From Candidatus Cloacimonadales bacterium (GTDB taxonomy: Bacteria > Cloacimonadota > Cloacimonadia > Cloacimonadales > JAIOQZ01), in NCBI GenBank assembly GCA_963662655.2, contig CAXXTU010000002.1, forward strand, positions 1,824,001-1,888,000: DNA of 64,000 bases, in the 5' to 3' direction. A model generated the notes under the pieces. It was not told the origin of the DNA and ran no database searches. It saw only the letters and a list, made by a program, of their open reading frames with translations. Positions within the stretch are counted from its first letter, which is position 1. Every line of letters begins with the position of its first letter. This document shows positions 1 to 10,680 of the stretch, in pieces. The translations under genes were made by a program, and so were the position numbers.

Positions 1-39
1 AAAAATATCTGGATCATTAGGGTTCAGCCGGGAGGAAAC

Positions 40-2535
40 GTGGCTTTACGAGTACATGAACTGGCAAAAGAGCTAAAAATATCAACCGCTGCACTTCGGG
101 TGCATCTGAAGGACCTTGGGGTCAATGTGAAGAGCCACATGAGCTTCATCGATGACGACATCGTGATTAAAATCAGGAAGAAGTTCCAGGATCAGATTGC
201 AGCGATCAAGCAGCAGGAATCCGTGCGCAAGCGCTACCATCATGCGCAAAAGCAAGAGCAGGCAAAGCAGAAGAGGATCGAGAGTCCCTCCGAAGCCGCT
301 CTGAAGCAACAACCTGAGAAGCCTCAGGCCGAGATCGTCGACGTCGACAAGGTCGAGATCGCCCGTAAGGAGATACGAACCTTCATCGAGCGCCCGATCA
401 AGAAATCGAGCTCGCCCAAGCCGATGCCTCAACGTACCGACAGACCTCCGAGGAAAGAGGACTATAAGGATACCAGGCCATTCAAGAAAGAAGCTCACAA
501 ACCCGCGCCTCCGAAACCCGAGCCACAAGTTCAAGTTCCGGAAACGGCCGATAAAGACAATCAGCCCAAGAAGGAAGTCAAGGACTTCACTGAGCTGGGC
601 AAGAAGAGCAAACACCTTCAGGCCAAGCTGAAACACACGAAAAAAGGTAAAAAGCGGAAAAGCTTTGCACCGACTGAAGTCGAAGAAGCCGAAATCTCGA
701 AAAACATCAGGCAAACTCTTGCCCAAAGCAAGAAACCGAAGAAATATCGCAAAGACGATAGACACCAGGATAATTCGGACGAGCCGAAGAAAATCACCAT
801 CAGCGAGTTCACCTCCGTGAGCGAGCTTGCCAAACTCATGAACCTGGCGCCAACCGACATCATCGCGCAGTTCTTCAACCTTGGCCAACTCGTGACCATC
901 AATCAGCGCCTCGACAAGGAGTCTCTGGAGATGATCTGCGACGAATTCGAGTTCGATGTCGAATTTCAGGAAGAATACGGAACCGAGATACTCGAGCAGA
1001 AGAAGGACGACGTATCCGAAGGTGAGAGGGAAGAGCGTCCGCCGGTCGTTACCATCATGGGACATGTGGACCACGGTAAAACTTCCATTCTGGACTACAT
1101 CCGCGAAGCGAACGTCATCGCCGGTGAAGCCGGCGGTATTACGCAACATATCGGCGCATACCAGGTTACGTACAACGACAAGAAGATCACCTTCATCGAT
1201 ACCCCGGGGCACGAGGCATTCAGCGCCATGCGCTCCCGTGGAGCCAACATTACCGATATCGGTATCGTGGTTGTGGCTGCCGACGACGGCGTCATGCCGC
1301 AAACGGTCGAGGCGATCGACCACGTGAAGGCCGCCGGCGTTACCATGATTGTCGCCATCAACAAGATCGACGTGCGCGACGCGAACATCGACCGCGTAAT
1401 TAACGGACTCGCCGAGCAGAAAGTATACCTGGAAGGCTACGGCGGTGAAGTTCTCTGGACAAAAACCTCTGCGAAGACGGGAGAAGGCATCGATGAACTG
1501 ATGGAATTGATCATCCTCGCGGCGGAAGTCGGAGAAATCAAGGCTAGATCCGATGTCCCCGGCAAGGGTACCGTAATCGAGGCCCAGAAAGATCCGCGCA
1601 TCGGAACGATCGTTACGGTTCTCATGCAGGAAGGATCACTTAAAAAGGCAAGCTATGTCGTGTGTGGCGCTACGTACGGACGTATCCGTAAGATCGAGAA
1701 CGAGCGCGGCAAGGAGATCAAGAAACTTCTACCGTCTGACGTCGGTGTGATCTTCGGTTTGAACGACGTCCCCAAGGCGGGTGACATTCTTAACGTCATT
1801 CAGGACGAGAAACTTGCCAAGCAAATCAGTATGGAACGTCAGCAAATCCGCCACGAACGTGAAAAATATCAGGCGCAAACCAACCTGAACAACCTTTTCC
1901 AGAAGATCAAAGAGCATAACATGACCGAGCTCAACCTGATCGTCAAGGCCGACTTCGACGGTTCGGTGGAAGCGCTTTGCGATTCCTTCGAAAAGCTCTC
2001 CAACGACGAAATCATGGTCAACATCATTCGTCGTGGCGTTGGCGGAATCGTGGAAGCGGACGTCAACCTGGCCATGAGCTCCGACGCGGTTATCATCGGT
2101 TTCCACGTGCGCCCCAACAACCAGGCGCGAAAACTTGCCGAAGACAACAACGTCGAGATCAAGCAGTATCAGGTAATCTACGACGCAATCAACGATCTCA
2201 AGATGGCGATCCATGGTATGCTCAAGCCTGAATTCAAGGAAGAGCATCTGGGCAACGCGAGAGTCAAAGAAGCCTTCCGCATCAAGAAGGTGGGAACCAT
2301 CGCCGGTTGCGCGGTGGAGAAAGGCGTCATTCGCAAGAAAGCTATCGTTCGGATATACCGTAACGACACCATGATCCACGAAGGCAAGATTTCGTCTCTC
2401 AAGCACTACGAAAACGATGTCGAAGAGATCCGCGCAGGTACGGAGTGCGGTATCGGTATCGAGAACTTCCATGATATCAAAGAAGGCGACGTCATCGAAG
2501 CCAGCATCATGGTCGAGGTGCCAAAGGAATTATAA
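40..2535 (+). CDS. infB: Translation initiation factor IF-2
   Basis: GTG start after GGAGG; N-terminal [10 protein letters not shown]-domain [19 protein letters not shown]-2 C-terminal domains. Confidence 0.98.
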   Translation: MALRVHELAKELKISTAALRVHLKDLGVNVKSHMSFIDDDIVIKIRKKFQDQIAAIKQQESVRKRYHHAQKQEQAKQKRIESPSEAALKQQPEKPQAEIVDVDKVEIARKEIRTFIERPIKKSSSPKPMPQRTDRPPRKEDYKDTRPFKKEAHKPAPPKPEPQVQVPETADKDNQPKKEVKDFTELGKKSKHLQAKLKHTKKGKKRKSFAPTEVEEAEISKNIRQTLAQSKKPKKYRKDDRHQDNSDEPKKITISEFTSVSELAKLMNLAPTDIIAQFFNLGQLVTINQRLDKESLEMICDEFEFDVEFQEEYGTEILEQKKDDVSEGEREERPPVVTIMGHVDHGKTSILDYIREANVIAGEAGGITQHIGAYQVTYNDKKITFIDTPGHEAFSAMRSRGANITDIGIVVVAADDGVMPQTVEAIDHVKAAGVTMIVAINKIDVRDANIDRVINGLAEQKVYLEGYGGEVLWTKTSAKTGEGIDELMELIILAAEVGEIKARSDVPGKGTVIEAQKDPRIGTIVTVLMQEGSLKKASYVVCGATYGRIRKIENERGKEIKKLLPSDVGVIFGLNDVPKAGDILNVIQDEKLAKQISMERQQIRHEREKYQAQTNLNNLFQKIKEHNMTELNLIVKADFDGSVEALCDSFEKLSNDEIMVNIIRRGVGGIVEADVNLAMSSDAVIIGFHVRPNNQARKLAEDNNVEIKQYQVIYDAINDLKMAIHGMLKPEFKEEHLGNARVKEAFRIKKVGTIAGCAVEKGVIRKKAIVRIYRNDTMIHEGKISSLKHYENDVEEIRAGTECGIGIENFHDIKEGDVIEASIMVEVPKEL

Positions 2536-2551
2536 ACGCTGAGGTTTCAGT

Positions 2552-2929
2552 ATGCCAAAGATAAGGATTCAACGCCTGCAGAGCGAACTCCTGCGGCTTA
2601 TCAGTACCGTCGTCGCGTCAGAACTGCGTGATCCGCATTTCGATTCGGTTTCGTTTACCGAAGTGATCCTGAGTCCGGACATGTCTTTTCTTAAGATATA
2701 TTTCTCGATCTTCGATGAAGAACAGGCGAACATCGACGAAATTGTCAAGCGGCTCAACCGTAGCACCGGCTTTGTTAAAAGCGCTATCGCGGACGCCCAT
2801 GTCATGCGCACCATCCCCGATATCCGTTTCAACTACGACAGCACGAACGAAAGAGTTTCGCGGCTCGATCAACTGCTGGACCAGATCCAGCACGAAAGGG
2901 AAGAGCGGGAATCGCAGGATAATGGTTGA
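2552..2929 (+). CDS. rbfA: Ribosome-binding factor A
   Basis: ELRDP...V.LSPD, PDIRFNYD motifs; canonical position after infB. Confidence 0.93.
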   Translation: MPKIRIQRLQSELLRLISTVVASELRDPHFDSVSFTEVILSPDMSFLKIYFSIFDEEQANIDEIVKRLNRSTGFVKSAIADAHVMRTIPDIRFNYDSTNERVSRLDQLLDQIQHEREERESQDNG

Positions 2930-3899
2930 GAAGTTTGCTGCGCTGAAGAAGCATCTTCTGCAAGAAGTCTCTTCGCAAGGCTCCATCTGCATGGTCACAC
3001 ATTCCAACCCGGACGGAGACGGTCTGGCAGCTTGTCTTGCCCTACAGGATATCCTCGTTGCGAGAGGCGTCCACTCGGATATCGTGCTGGAGTACCCAGC
3101 ACCCGAGCTGTACGAATACCTGGACGGCCCCGCGCGAGCGACTACCTATGAAGATTTCATGCAATACGATCTGGTTATCCTGGTTGATTGCCACGAGCAA
3201 AAGCGCATCGGGCGCTGCGCTCCGCTGATCGACCGCGCGAAATCGCTCATTGCCATCGACCACCACACACCCGGAGAGATCATTCCCGAAGCTTATACCT
3301 GCATCGAAACGGAAATCGTGAGCGCCGGAGGAATCATCTTCAGGATGTTCGAAGACGATATCGCGGGAATGAAGAACCGGAATCGCATCGTCACCGCGAT
3401 CTACACGACCGTGATCAACGATACGGACAACTTCCAGAACTCCAACACCAACGCGGACACGTTCGAGATTTGCGCCCGACTGGCCGATCTGGGATTGCAC
3501 GCCGGCGAAACCGTGCGGCTGTTCGTTTGGTCGAAAACCGCAGCGGAAATGAGGTTGGTGGGCGAAGTCCTCTCCACCATCGAGATGCTGCACGATGGCG
3601 ATATCCTCTTCATGCACTCCACCATAGAGATGCTGAGGCAGAATATGCTTAACGGCGAAGCAACGTCGAAAATGACACGCTGGGTCAAGGGGACCAAGGG
3701 TGCAAAAGCGATTGTCTATTTCAGACAGGTTGAGGACGAAACATGGCGACTGAGTCTGCGCTCCGAGTTTGTCGATGTGGCGGTTATTGCCAGATCGCAC
3801 AACGGCGGAGGGCATGTACGGGCCGCAGGATGCACCATGCACGGAACCCTTTCACAAGTTCAACGGGAAATACAGGCGGAAATTGAAAAACAGCTCTAA
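2922..3899 (+). CDS. nrnA: DHH/DHHA1 phosphoesterase (NrnA-like oligoribonuclease/pAp phosphatase)
   Basis: H.NPDGD, LVD, IDHH, DT, SLRS, GGGH..AAG motifs; start placed at ATG 2922 overlapping the rbfA end. Confidence 0.9.
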   Translation: MVEKFAALKKHLLQEVSSQGSICMVTHSNPDGDGLAACLALQDILVARGVHSDIVLEYPAPELYEYLDGPARATTYEDFMQYDLVILVDCHEQKRIGRCAPLIDRAKSLIAIDHHTPGEIIPEAYTCIETEIVSAGGIIFRMFEDDIAGMKNRNRIVTAIYTTVINDTDNFQNSNTNADTFEICARLADLGLHAGETVRLFVWSKTAAEMRLVGEVLSTIEMLHDGDILFMHSTIEMLRQNMLNGEATSKMTRWVKGTKGAKAIVYFRQVEDETWRLSLRSEFVDVAVIARSHNGGGHVRAAGCTMHGTLSQVQREIQAEIEKQL

Positions 3900-4749
3900 T
3901 GGCTTGCTGCTGATCGATAAACCTACCGGAATCACCTCGTTCGATGTCATCAGGAAGCTGCGCAAGATCACCGGTATCAAGAAGATGGGCCACACCGGCA
4001 CACTCGATCCCTTTGCGTCCGGCCTGCTGCCCATCCTGGTAGGAAAAGCCACTCGGCTCAGTTCCCTGATCACCCACACGCAGAAATCATATCGCGCCGT
4101 CCTGAAACTGGGCGAGCGAACCACCACCGGCGATCCCGAAGGCGAAGTCGTAGAGAACAGCGACATTCCGGAAGATATTCTTGTCCACATGAGCGATCTC
4201 ACCGAAAGGATTCTCGCGATCGAAAACCAGACTCCGCCGGCTTATTCCGCCATCAAGGTGAACGGTAAACGCGCGTACGAACTGGCGCGCGCCAATCAGG
4301 ACGTCGAGCTGAAATCACGCCCCGTTAAGATCATCCGTTTCGAAGTGGAGAAGGTTGATCTTCCCTACCTCACCTACGTCGCAGAGGTTAGCGCAGGCAC
4401 GTACATCCGCGTCCTGAGCGAAACGATTGCCGAAATACTGGGAACTGTCGGCATGAGCCAGGAGCTGCGCAGGCTCTCCATCGGATCCACGAAAATCGAG
4501 AACGCAATCAGCCTGAGCGACCTGACGCCGGACAACTGGCGGGAACATCTCCAATCACCCCTCGCGATGATTGAGGATATTCCCGTTGTCCGCCCCGAAC
4601 CTGATTCCCGCGAGGCGTTTTCCCACGGGAATCCCGTTTCGATCGACGCCCCCGACTGCGATCGAGCCATCGCGGCAATCGACGGAGAAATCTGGGGTAT
4701 TGGGAAAATCATTGACAGGCAATTTTATCCGGCGAGCGTTTTGCTATGA
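3883..4749 (+). CDS. truB: tRNA pseudouridine(55) synthase
   Basis: GLLLIDKP, GHTGTLDPFASG, YSAIKVNGKRAY, GTYIR; start taken as TTG 3883 (ORF track begins at 3769). Confidence 0.95.
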   Translation: MKNSSNGLLLIDKPTGITSFDVIRKLRKITGIKKMGHTGTLDPFASGLLPILVGKATRLSSLITHTQKSYRAVLKLGERTTTGDPEGEVVENSDIPEDILVHMSDLTERILAIENQTPPAYSAIKVNGKRAYELARANQDVELKSRPVKIIRFEVEKVDLPYLTYVAEVSAGTYIRVLSETIAEILGTVGMSQELRRLSIGSTKIENAISLSDLTPDNWREHLQSPLAMIEDIPVVRPEPDSREAFSHGNPVSIDAPDCDRAIAAIDGEIWGIGKIIDRQFYPASVLL

Positions 4750-5678
4750 TCGACTTTCGCGGAGACTACCAATTGCTCACCCACCCGGTGGTTACGACCG
4801 GGACTTTCGACGGCATCCATCTGGGCCACAGGAAAATCCTGGAGGAAACCGTTCGCATCGCACGGGAAAACAACGGTGAATCGGTTGTGATTACCTACTT
4901 CCATCACCCGCTGGAAATCCTGCACGACAAGACCTTCCCCTACCTGCTTACAGAAAAGCATCGCAAGGAGCAACTCCTGCGGGAGATCGGCATCGATTGC
5001 GTGGGTTACCTGAACTTCGATAGCAGCATGGCGCAGATGAGTCCCATCGATTTCCTGCGAAAGGTTCTCGTCGATACCGTCCGTTCAAAGGATATCGTTG
5101 TAGGCTACGACACCCACTTCGGGCGGGGTAGAGAGGGGAATTACCGTTTTCTTGCCGACCACCAGGATGAGTTCGGGTATAAGACCCACCTGGTGGAACC
5201 GCTGTGCATCGGCGGAGAGGTGGTTAGCAGCAGCCGGATTCGCGAGCAGATACGGCGCGGAGAGGTCGACAAGGCGAAGGAGCTGATCGGAAGAAGCTAC
5301 ACGCTTCTGGGTATCGTGATTTCCGGAAAACGCATCGGGCGCGAGCTCGGTTTTCCCACCATCAACATCATGCCTCTCGACGAGCACAAGCTCATCCCAG
5401 GCACCGGCGTTTACATCACCCGGACAACCCTTCACGGCAAGACGTGGAATTCCCTGACCAACATCGGGACGAACCCCTCCGTGAAGACCGACGACCACCT
5501 TCAGATCGAAACGCACCTGCTCAATTTTACCGGGAACCTTTACGGGAAGAAAGTCGGAATCGAATTTCTGTCACGCATCAGAGACGAGGTGTTCTTTGAC
5601 TCGCGCGACAAACTCATCGAAGCAATACGAAGGGATGTGGAGTTCGCGAAAGATTTTTTCGCGCTGGAGAATGCATGA
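4746..5678 (+). CDS. ribF: Bifunctional riboflavin kinase/FAD synthetase
   Basis: GTFDGIHLGH, VSSSRIR, GRELGFPTIN, ETHLLNF. Confidence 0.96.
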   Translation: MIDFRGDYQLLTHPVVTTGTFDGIHLGHRKILEETVRIARENNGESVVITYFHHPLEILHDKTFPYLLTEKHRKEQLLREIGIDCVGYLNFDSSMAQMSPIDFLRKVLVDTVRSKDIVVGYDTHFGRGREGNYRFLADHQDEFGYKTHLVEPLCIGGEVVSSSRIREQIRRGEVDKAKELIGRSYTLLGIVISGKRIGRELGFPTINIMPLDEHKLIPGTGVYITRTTLHGKTWNSLTNIGTNPSVKTDDHLQIETHLLNFTGNLYGKKVGIEFLSRIRDEVFFDSRDKLIEAIRRDVEFAKDFFALENA

Positions 5679-6670
5679 GAGCTTTCCTTATCGCCCTGAT
5701 CAAATCGTTCCGCGAGTGCTATGTGTTTTCTCGCGAGCAGGGCTGGAAATCTTCACTGCTTCTGACGCTCAGCGGATTGTTCAATGGCTGGAACGGCTTT
5801 CAATTCCTCTTTTTCGGTAGCTTCACCTTTGTCTTTGTGAATCGCTTGAGCTTTTTCCGCTGGTTCTTTCAGCTTTCCTACGATGTCCCCTATTTCATAC
5901 CCATTACCCTGTTCTACTTTGTCACAGTCATGCTCGTATTCTGGTTCTTGCACTGCGTTGGAGAAATCTTCCTGAACGCAGTCCTGATGCGGAAAACCAT
6001 GTCGCTCGGTCTGACTGTCAAGCTGTCGATCAACTTCGCGATCCCGGGATTGCTGACGATCCTATTCTTCTTCTTCCTGGCGGGGATCATCTGGAACGGC
6101 ATCTACATCGGATATCGCTTCGCGCTCTCGATGGGAATCAATCAGGACATCTCCTTCTGGCGGTGGGGAATCTACCTCGGAGCGGTAGCGCTGCTCTTCT
6201 CCATGTACTTTATGACCATCGTTACGGATCTGGTTATTCCGTTCATGATGAAGGGACAATCGTACAGCAAAGCGATGCTGCGAACGGTTCGATTGCTGCG
6301 GAGCAACACATACGAATTCATGGGGATCTATTCGCTGCGCATCCTCTCGGTACTGCTATCCACGGTAGTGTATATCTTTTTCTTCCGGTATGTGCTGTTC
6401 CGGCTGATGGTGTATATCTCTCCCGACTACTATTTCAATCCGCTGATCGTTCTGCGCGACATGTCAACCTTGCAGGATTCACTTTTCAACACAGGTGTGC
6501 TCAGCTTGTTCATGATCTTCTGTCTGGTTGTCGGAATCCCCTTTTTCCTGCCGTGCTATTTACTCCACAAGCTTTTGCTGGATAAAATGATAAACTTCCC
6601 CATTTTTCAAGACCCCACCCCAAACTCTCCGGAAAAGGATGAACACGATGGACCAGTTTGTTTGCAATGA
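5675..6670 (+). CDS. Multi-pass membrane protein of unknown function
   Basis: Several hydrophobic helices; ATGA overlap with ribF. Confidence 0.75.
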   Translation: MRAFLIALIKSFRECYVFSREQGWKSSLLLTLSGLFNGWNGFQFLFFGSFTFVFVNRLSFFRWFFQLSYDVPYFIPITLFYFVTVMLVFWFLHCVGEIFLNAVLMRKTMSLGLTVKLSINFAIPGLLTILFFFFLAGIIWNGIYIGYRFALSMGINQDISFWRWGIYLGAVALLFSMYFMTIVTDLVIPFMMKGQSYSKAMLRTVRLLRSNTYEFMGIYSLRILSVLLSTVVYIFFFRYVLFRLMVYISPDYYFNPLIVLRDMSTLQDSLFNTGVLSLFMIFCLVVGIPFFLPCYLLHKLLLDKMINFPIFQDPTPNSPEKDEHDGPVCLQ

Positions 6671-7976
6671 ATGCGGCGCTGAAACCCAGAAATGGGAAGG
6701 CAAATGCCCCGCTTGCGGCGCATGGAACTCACTTCGCGAAACAACCCGTATCGTAGGAAAAGGCAAGAAGAAGAACGCCTCTTCGATCATCGAGGAGAGC
6801 GCGAAAGCCATCCCCTTGCAGCAGGTGGACGATACGATCGTGAACCGCATGCAGACGGGTATCGGTGAGTTCGATGTGGTGCTTGGCGGAGGAATCGTGC
6901 CGGGAATGGCGGGATTGATCGGTGGAGACCCGGGCATCGGCAAGTCCACGCTGATGATGCAGGTGGCGAGTCGATGCGACAACGCGCTGTACGTCTCCGG
7001 CGAGGAGAGCGCTCAGCAAATCAAGCTTCGCGCGAGGCGTCTGGCGATCGACAATCACAAGCTCTACTTGCTCTGCTCAACGGATATCAACGCGATCGTC
7101 GATGAAATCCTGCGACTGAAACCCGAGCTTGTCATCATCGATTCCATCCAGTCCATCGGTGGAGCGCTGGAAGGTTCTTCGGCAGGGACGATTTCGCAGG
7201 TTCGAGAGGTGACCGGGACGCTTGTCCGCATCGCAAAGACGACCGGCAACGCCCTCTTCCTGATCGGGCATGTTACCAAAGACGGCTCCGTGGCCGGTCC
7301 CAAGATCATCGAGCACATGGTCGATACCGTGCTCTACTTCGAAGGAGACATGCCCTACCGGATGCTTCGGGCAGTAAAAAATCGCTTCGGCTCGACCAAC
7401 GAGATCGGCATCTTCGAGATGCGCGCGAACGGCCTGGCGGAAATCAAGAATCCCTCCGTGCTCTTCGTGGAGCATTTTCAGCCGAATCCCGGTATTTCGC
7501 TAGGCTGCATCCTCGAGGGATCGAGACCATTCCTGGTGGAGGTTCAGACCCTCGTCACTCCCGCAAATTACGGAACATCCCAGCGCGTCACCATCGGTTA
7601 CGACGCGAAAAAGCTTTCCGTGCTGCTGGCGGTGCTGGAGAAGTTCCTTTCCATCAGCCTGCGCCAGAACGACATCTTCGTCAACCTGATCGGAGGAATC
7701 CGGTCCAGCGATACCAGCCTCGATCTCGCTGTCGTGGCGTCCGTGCTATCCAGCGCACGTGAGAGCGTGCTTCCGCCTAAAACCCTCTTCCTCGGCGAGG
7801 TGGGACTCAGCGGGGAAATTCGCCCGGTGTCCCAGTACGAAAAACGAGTGAACGAAGCCATCAAGCATGGCTACGAGCAGGTCTTTATCGCGAAGAACGC
7901 CAGCCATAAGATTTCTGACATCAAGCTTCAGCGCATCGGGCACATCGCAGACCTCTATTCGCTGCTCTTCCCCTGA
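6648..7976 (+). CDS. radA: DNA repair protein RadA/Sms
   Basis: CxxC...CxxC zinc finger, GDPGIGKST Walker A, KNRFG motif, Lon-like C-terminus; start 6648 or 6639. Confidence 0.96.
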   Translation: MDQFVCNECGAETQKWEGKCPACGAWNSLRETTRIVGKGKKKNASSIIEESAKAIPLQQVDDTIVNRMQTGIGEFDVVLGGGIVPGMAGLIGGDPGIGKSTLMMQVASRCDNALYVSGEESAQQIKLRARRLAIDNHKLYLLCSTDINAIVDEILRLKPELVIIDSIQSIGGALEGSSAGTISQVREVTGTLVRIAKTTGNALFLIGHVTKDGSVAGPKIIEHMVDTVLYFEGDMPYRMLRAVKNRFGSTNEIGIFEMRANGLAEIKNPSVLFVEHFQPNPGISLGCILEGSRPFLVEVQTLVTPANYGTSQRVTIGYDAKKLSVLLAVLEKFLSISLRQNDIFVNLIGGIRSSDTSLDLAVVASVLSSARESVLPPKTLFLGEVGLSGEIRPVSQYEKRVNEAIKHGYEQVFIAKNASHKISDIKLQRIGHIADLYSLLFP

Positions 7977-8947
7977 TCCTTCCACTCCTCCAGAACAGCC
8001 TGTTCGTTCTCGCGCGGGTAGCGCTTGTCGAAACTCTTCTTACCGTGCTCATTGTACCAGGCGATACAGTCCTTCATCGTTTCTTCCATCGGACGAAGGA
8101 TCAATCCGGCTTCCCGAGCCTTACGTCCGCTGACCTCATCAAGTCCCTCATAGCCTGTACCGGGCTCGAACATGTTCCACAGCGGATATTCGTGCTTGGT
8201 GATGATCTGATTGTCGACATAGAAGTATTTCGTATCGGCTTCCAGCGCTTCGTCGCACTTTCGCATGATGTCGCCCAGCGTGTTGCGCTTGGCCGGACCA
8301 ACCGCGTTGAACACACCCGTGATTCCGTTCTCGATCAGATGGAAACACCATCGCGCGATATCGCGAGAATCGATGAACTGGAAAGGCGCTTCGGGATTAT
8401 CCGGGCAGACCATCTCGCCGCCAAGCGAGTAGCGGATCGGGAAATAGCCGAAGCGATGCGAGTAGTCCCACAATCCGGCGATCAGTCCGGGCCGTATAAT
8501 GACGGCTCGATCGCCGAAGTGCTTTTGCACCGTCTTCTCGCATGCGCCCTTGAGCGCACCGTAGTTTCCGCCGTCGATTTGCGGAGGACGCTCCCCCTCG
8601 AACACGTCGATCTCGTCTTCCTCGACGATGCCGATCTTACTCATATCATGATACGCGGATACCGAAGAGAAGAAAATGTAGGTGCCGGCTCGATCCTTCA
8701 AAGCTCCGGCGGATAATTCCGTTTGCTCGGGGAAATAGCCGCAAGTGTCGATCACTGCGTCCCACTTCTCATCGGGAATCAGGTTGAATTCAGTGTCGCG
8801 ATCCCCGTGGATCTGGCGTACGTCGGTGAAAACGTTCGGGCGGGTTTTTCCGCGATTGAATAGGGTAATCTCGTGTCCGTTCGCAAGGGCGTAATCCGTT
8901 ATGGCTCTTCCCAGGAAAACGGTTCCTCCGATAAGGAGTATCTTCAT
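7955..8947 (-). CDS. NAD-dependent epimerase/dehydratase (atypical SDR, isoflavone reductase-like)
   Basis: GGTVFLG, FNRG, YGALK, IIRPGLI, QFIDSRD. Confidence 0.9.
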   Translation of the reverse strand: MKILLIGGTVFLGRAITDYALANGHEITLFNRGKTRPNVFTDVRQIHGDRDTEFNLIPDEKWDAVIDTCGYFPEQTELSAGALKDRAGTYIFFSSVSAYHDMSKIGIVEEDEIDVFEGERPPQIDGGNYGALKGACEKTVQKHFGDRAVIIRPGLIAGLWDYSHRFGYFPIRYSLGGEMVCPDNPEAPFQFIDSRDIARWCFHLIENGITGVFNAVGPAKRNTLGDIMRKCDEALEADTKYFYVDNQIITKHEYPLWNMFEPGTGYEGLDEVSGRKAREAGLILRPMEETMKDCIAWYNEHGKKSFDKRYPRENEQAVLEEWKDQGKSSE

Positions 8948-9173
8948 AATTCACTCCAGTGCATGGTCTTGGGCATCTTGCTCTGTTCAAGACGCCTTGT
9001 TCGATTGATCTCTTGGAATCATCAGCGTATGCTGAGCGTGAAACATTCAGATTTGCCGGAATCGTTTTGATTCTACCCTGGGGAGTTGTTTGTCAAGGAT
9101 TGTTTATCTGAAAATAGATTTACGCTTGTATCTGTGTGAAAACGTGCCCGATATCCCGTTGATCCACCCATGA

Positions 9174-9315
9174 TCCTTCGACTCCGCTCAGGATGACAGA
9201 GAAAAAGAAAAGCTCAACACATTTGCTGAGCGGAGTCGAAGGACAGAACTACGGGCAGCTATGAAAAAATAATCGTTTGTCATCCTGAGCGGAGTCGAAG
9301 GACAGAACGATTATT
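9174..9315. repeat. Cluster of three REP-like repeats (core TGTCATCCTGAGCGGAGTCGAAGGA)
   Basis: 9174-9198 is the exact reverse complement of 9278-9302; partial direct copy at 9226-9249; another copy at 54134-54160. Confidence 0.85.
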
Positions 9316-9435
9316 CTGAAGGCAGTACGAAATAGCACGTCAGTTCACAATAAGCACCACCAATTCTCATCAATGTTTAACCTCATGACGACTTGCACAT
9401 TTCATTACACTTCGGTGAATCACCTTTTCTAATAG

Positions 9436-9466
9436 AAAAGCGGGATCGGGCCGAAACCCGATCCGC
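9436..9466 (-). terminator. Intrinsic terminator of the NifX operon
   Basis: GC-rich hairpin (GGATCGGG/CCCGATCC) followed by a T-run on the minus strand, just after the stop. Confidence 0.75.
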
Positions 9467-9805
9467 CTAAAACTTCGTCAGCTCGCCTTTCTTGAAGGCT
9501 TCGATGGCCTCTTCAACCGTCTTCTCTTCCTTGCAGAGATAAACTTGAATGCCTGCTGTTTGGAGTCCGCGAGCTGCGTTCCCTCCGGGACCGTTTCCGG
9601 TGATGACAACGTCGATAGCTGCGTCCGCGATCATCTGAACCGCGAGAGGTCCCGCACCGTGCGCAACCTGATCCACATTCGAGTTGTCGATCACATCGTA
9701 AGCATTACTTTCGTCGTTGAATACTACAAAATACTTCGTTCTGCCGAACCTTGGATCCAGCATGGCTTTCTGATCGCTTCCCTGCGCTGTAACTGCTATT
9801 TTCAT
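9467..9805 (-). CDS. NifB/NifX-family Fe-Mo cluster-binding domain protein
   Basis: MKIAV...RFGR..YF, HGAG..A, VVITGN.PG. Confidence 0.88.
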   Translation of the reverse strand: MKIAVTAQGSDQKAMLDPRFGRTKYFVVFNDESNAYDVIDNSNVDQVAHGAGPLAVQMIADAAIDVVITGNGPGGNAARGLQTAGIQVYLCKEEKTVEEAIEAFKKGELTKF

Positions 9806-10680
9806 TTTATCTCCTCGTTAAGAATTCTATCTGTAATCATTTCTATCCTGTCTTTGAACCTGCCTGGCGCATACTCGTTGATGGTTTTACCCGCTTTGAC
9901 GGCATGCTGGACAGCTTCGTCGTATTCGAACATTCCCAGCGTGGGAATCGCGTTCTCCAGAAGATATTGCTCGACTCGTTTCGTCAGATCCGGATTGAGG
10001 TCATGCTTGTTGATAATGCACCCGACTGGAATCCTGAATTTTTTCACCAGCTCGATGACCCGCTTCATGTCGTGGAATGCGGATTCCGTTGCCTCCGTGA
10101 CCAGAAGCACATAGGTTGCGCCACTCAGCGATGAAATCACCGGGCATCCGATCCCGGGCGAGCCGTCGACGAGGATGATATCGAGTCCTTTTGTCTCCGC
10201 CTGTTCGCGTGCGATTTTCTTCGTGTGGGCAACAAGCTTCCCGGAGTTTTCCCCGCCGGGAAGTAGGCGTGCATGAGCCATTACGGTTCCCGTCCGAATC
10301 GTGGAGACATACGAAGCGCCAACGTAACGAGACTTCATCGTGATCGCACCCTGCGGACAGATTCGCGCGCACAAGCCGCATCCCTCGCAAGCGAAGGGAT
10401 CCATCTCGATCGAATCTTCGCTCAACTTGATCGCCCCAAAGCGGCACTTCTCAACGCACAAACCGCACTGGATACAGTGTTCCACCGCCATTTCAGGCTC
10501 TTCACCACTGTAGAAATCCGTTTCCTCTTGCTGCATCGGCTTGAAGATGAGATGCATGTCGGCTGCATCCACGTCGCAATCGGCAACAACGCATCGATCG
10601 CCCATCGCATAGGCGAGCGCGCTTGTGATGACGGTCTTGCCGGTTCCGCCTTTCCCCGAAATTACTACAATCTCTTTCAT
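9802..10680 (-). CDS. MinD-superfamily P-loop ATPase with inserted 2x[4Fe-4S] ferredoxin domain
   Basis: SGKGGTGKT, DCDVD, two CxxCxxCxxxC motifs, DGSPGIGCP. Confidence 0.9.
   Translation of the reverse strand: MKEIVVISGKGGTGKTVITSALAYAMGDRCVVADCDVDAADMHLIFKPMQQEETDFYSGEEPEMAVEHCIQCGLCVEKCRFGAIKLSEDSIEMDPFACEGCGLCARICPQGAITMKSRYVGASYVSTIRTGTVMAHARLLPGGENSGKLVAHTKKIAREQAETKGLDIILVDGSPGIGCPVISSLSGATYVLLVTEATESAFHDMKRVIELVKKFRIPVGCIINKHDLNPDLTKRVEQYLLENAIPTLGMFEYDEAVQHAVKAGKTINEYAPGRFKDRIEMITDRILNEEIK

Noticed and set aside
82..1323. 413-aa minus-strand ORF
   Set aside because: Antisense shadow of infB caused by codon bias
9174..9315. Possible mini CRISPR array
   Set aside because: Copies are in mixed orientation with unequal lengths, there are no cas genes, and an isolated copy occurs at 54134; this fits a REP-like repeat
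9467..9805. Nitrogen fixation gene
   Set aside because: NifX-like domains are common in non-diazotrophs, and there is no nifHDK in the window
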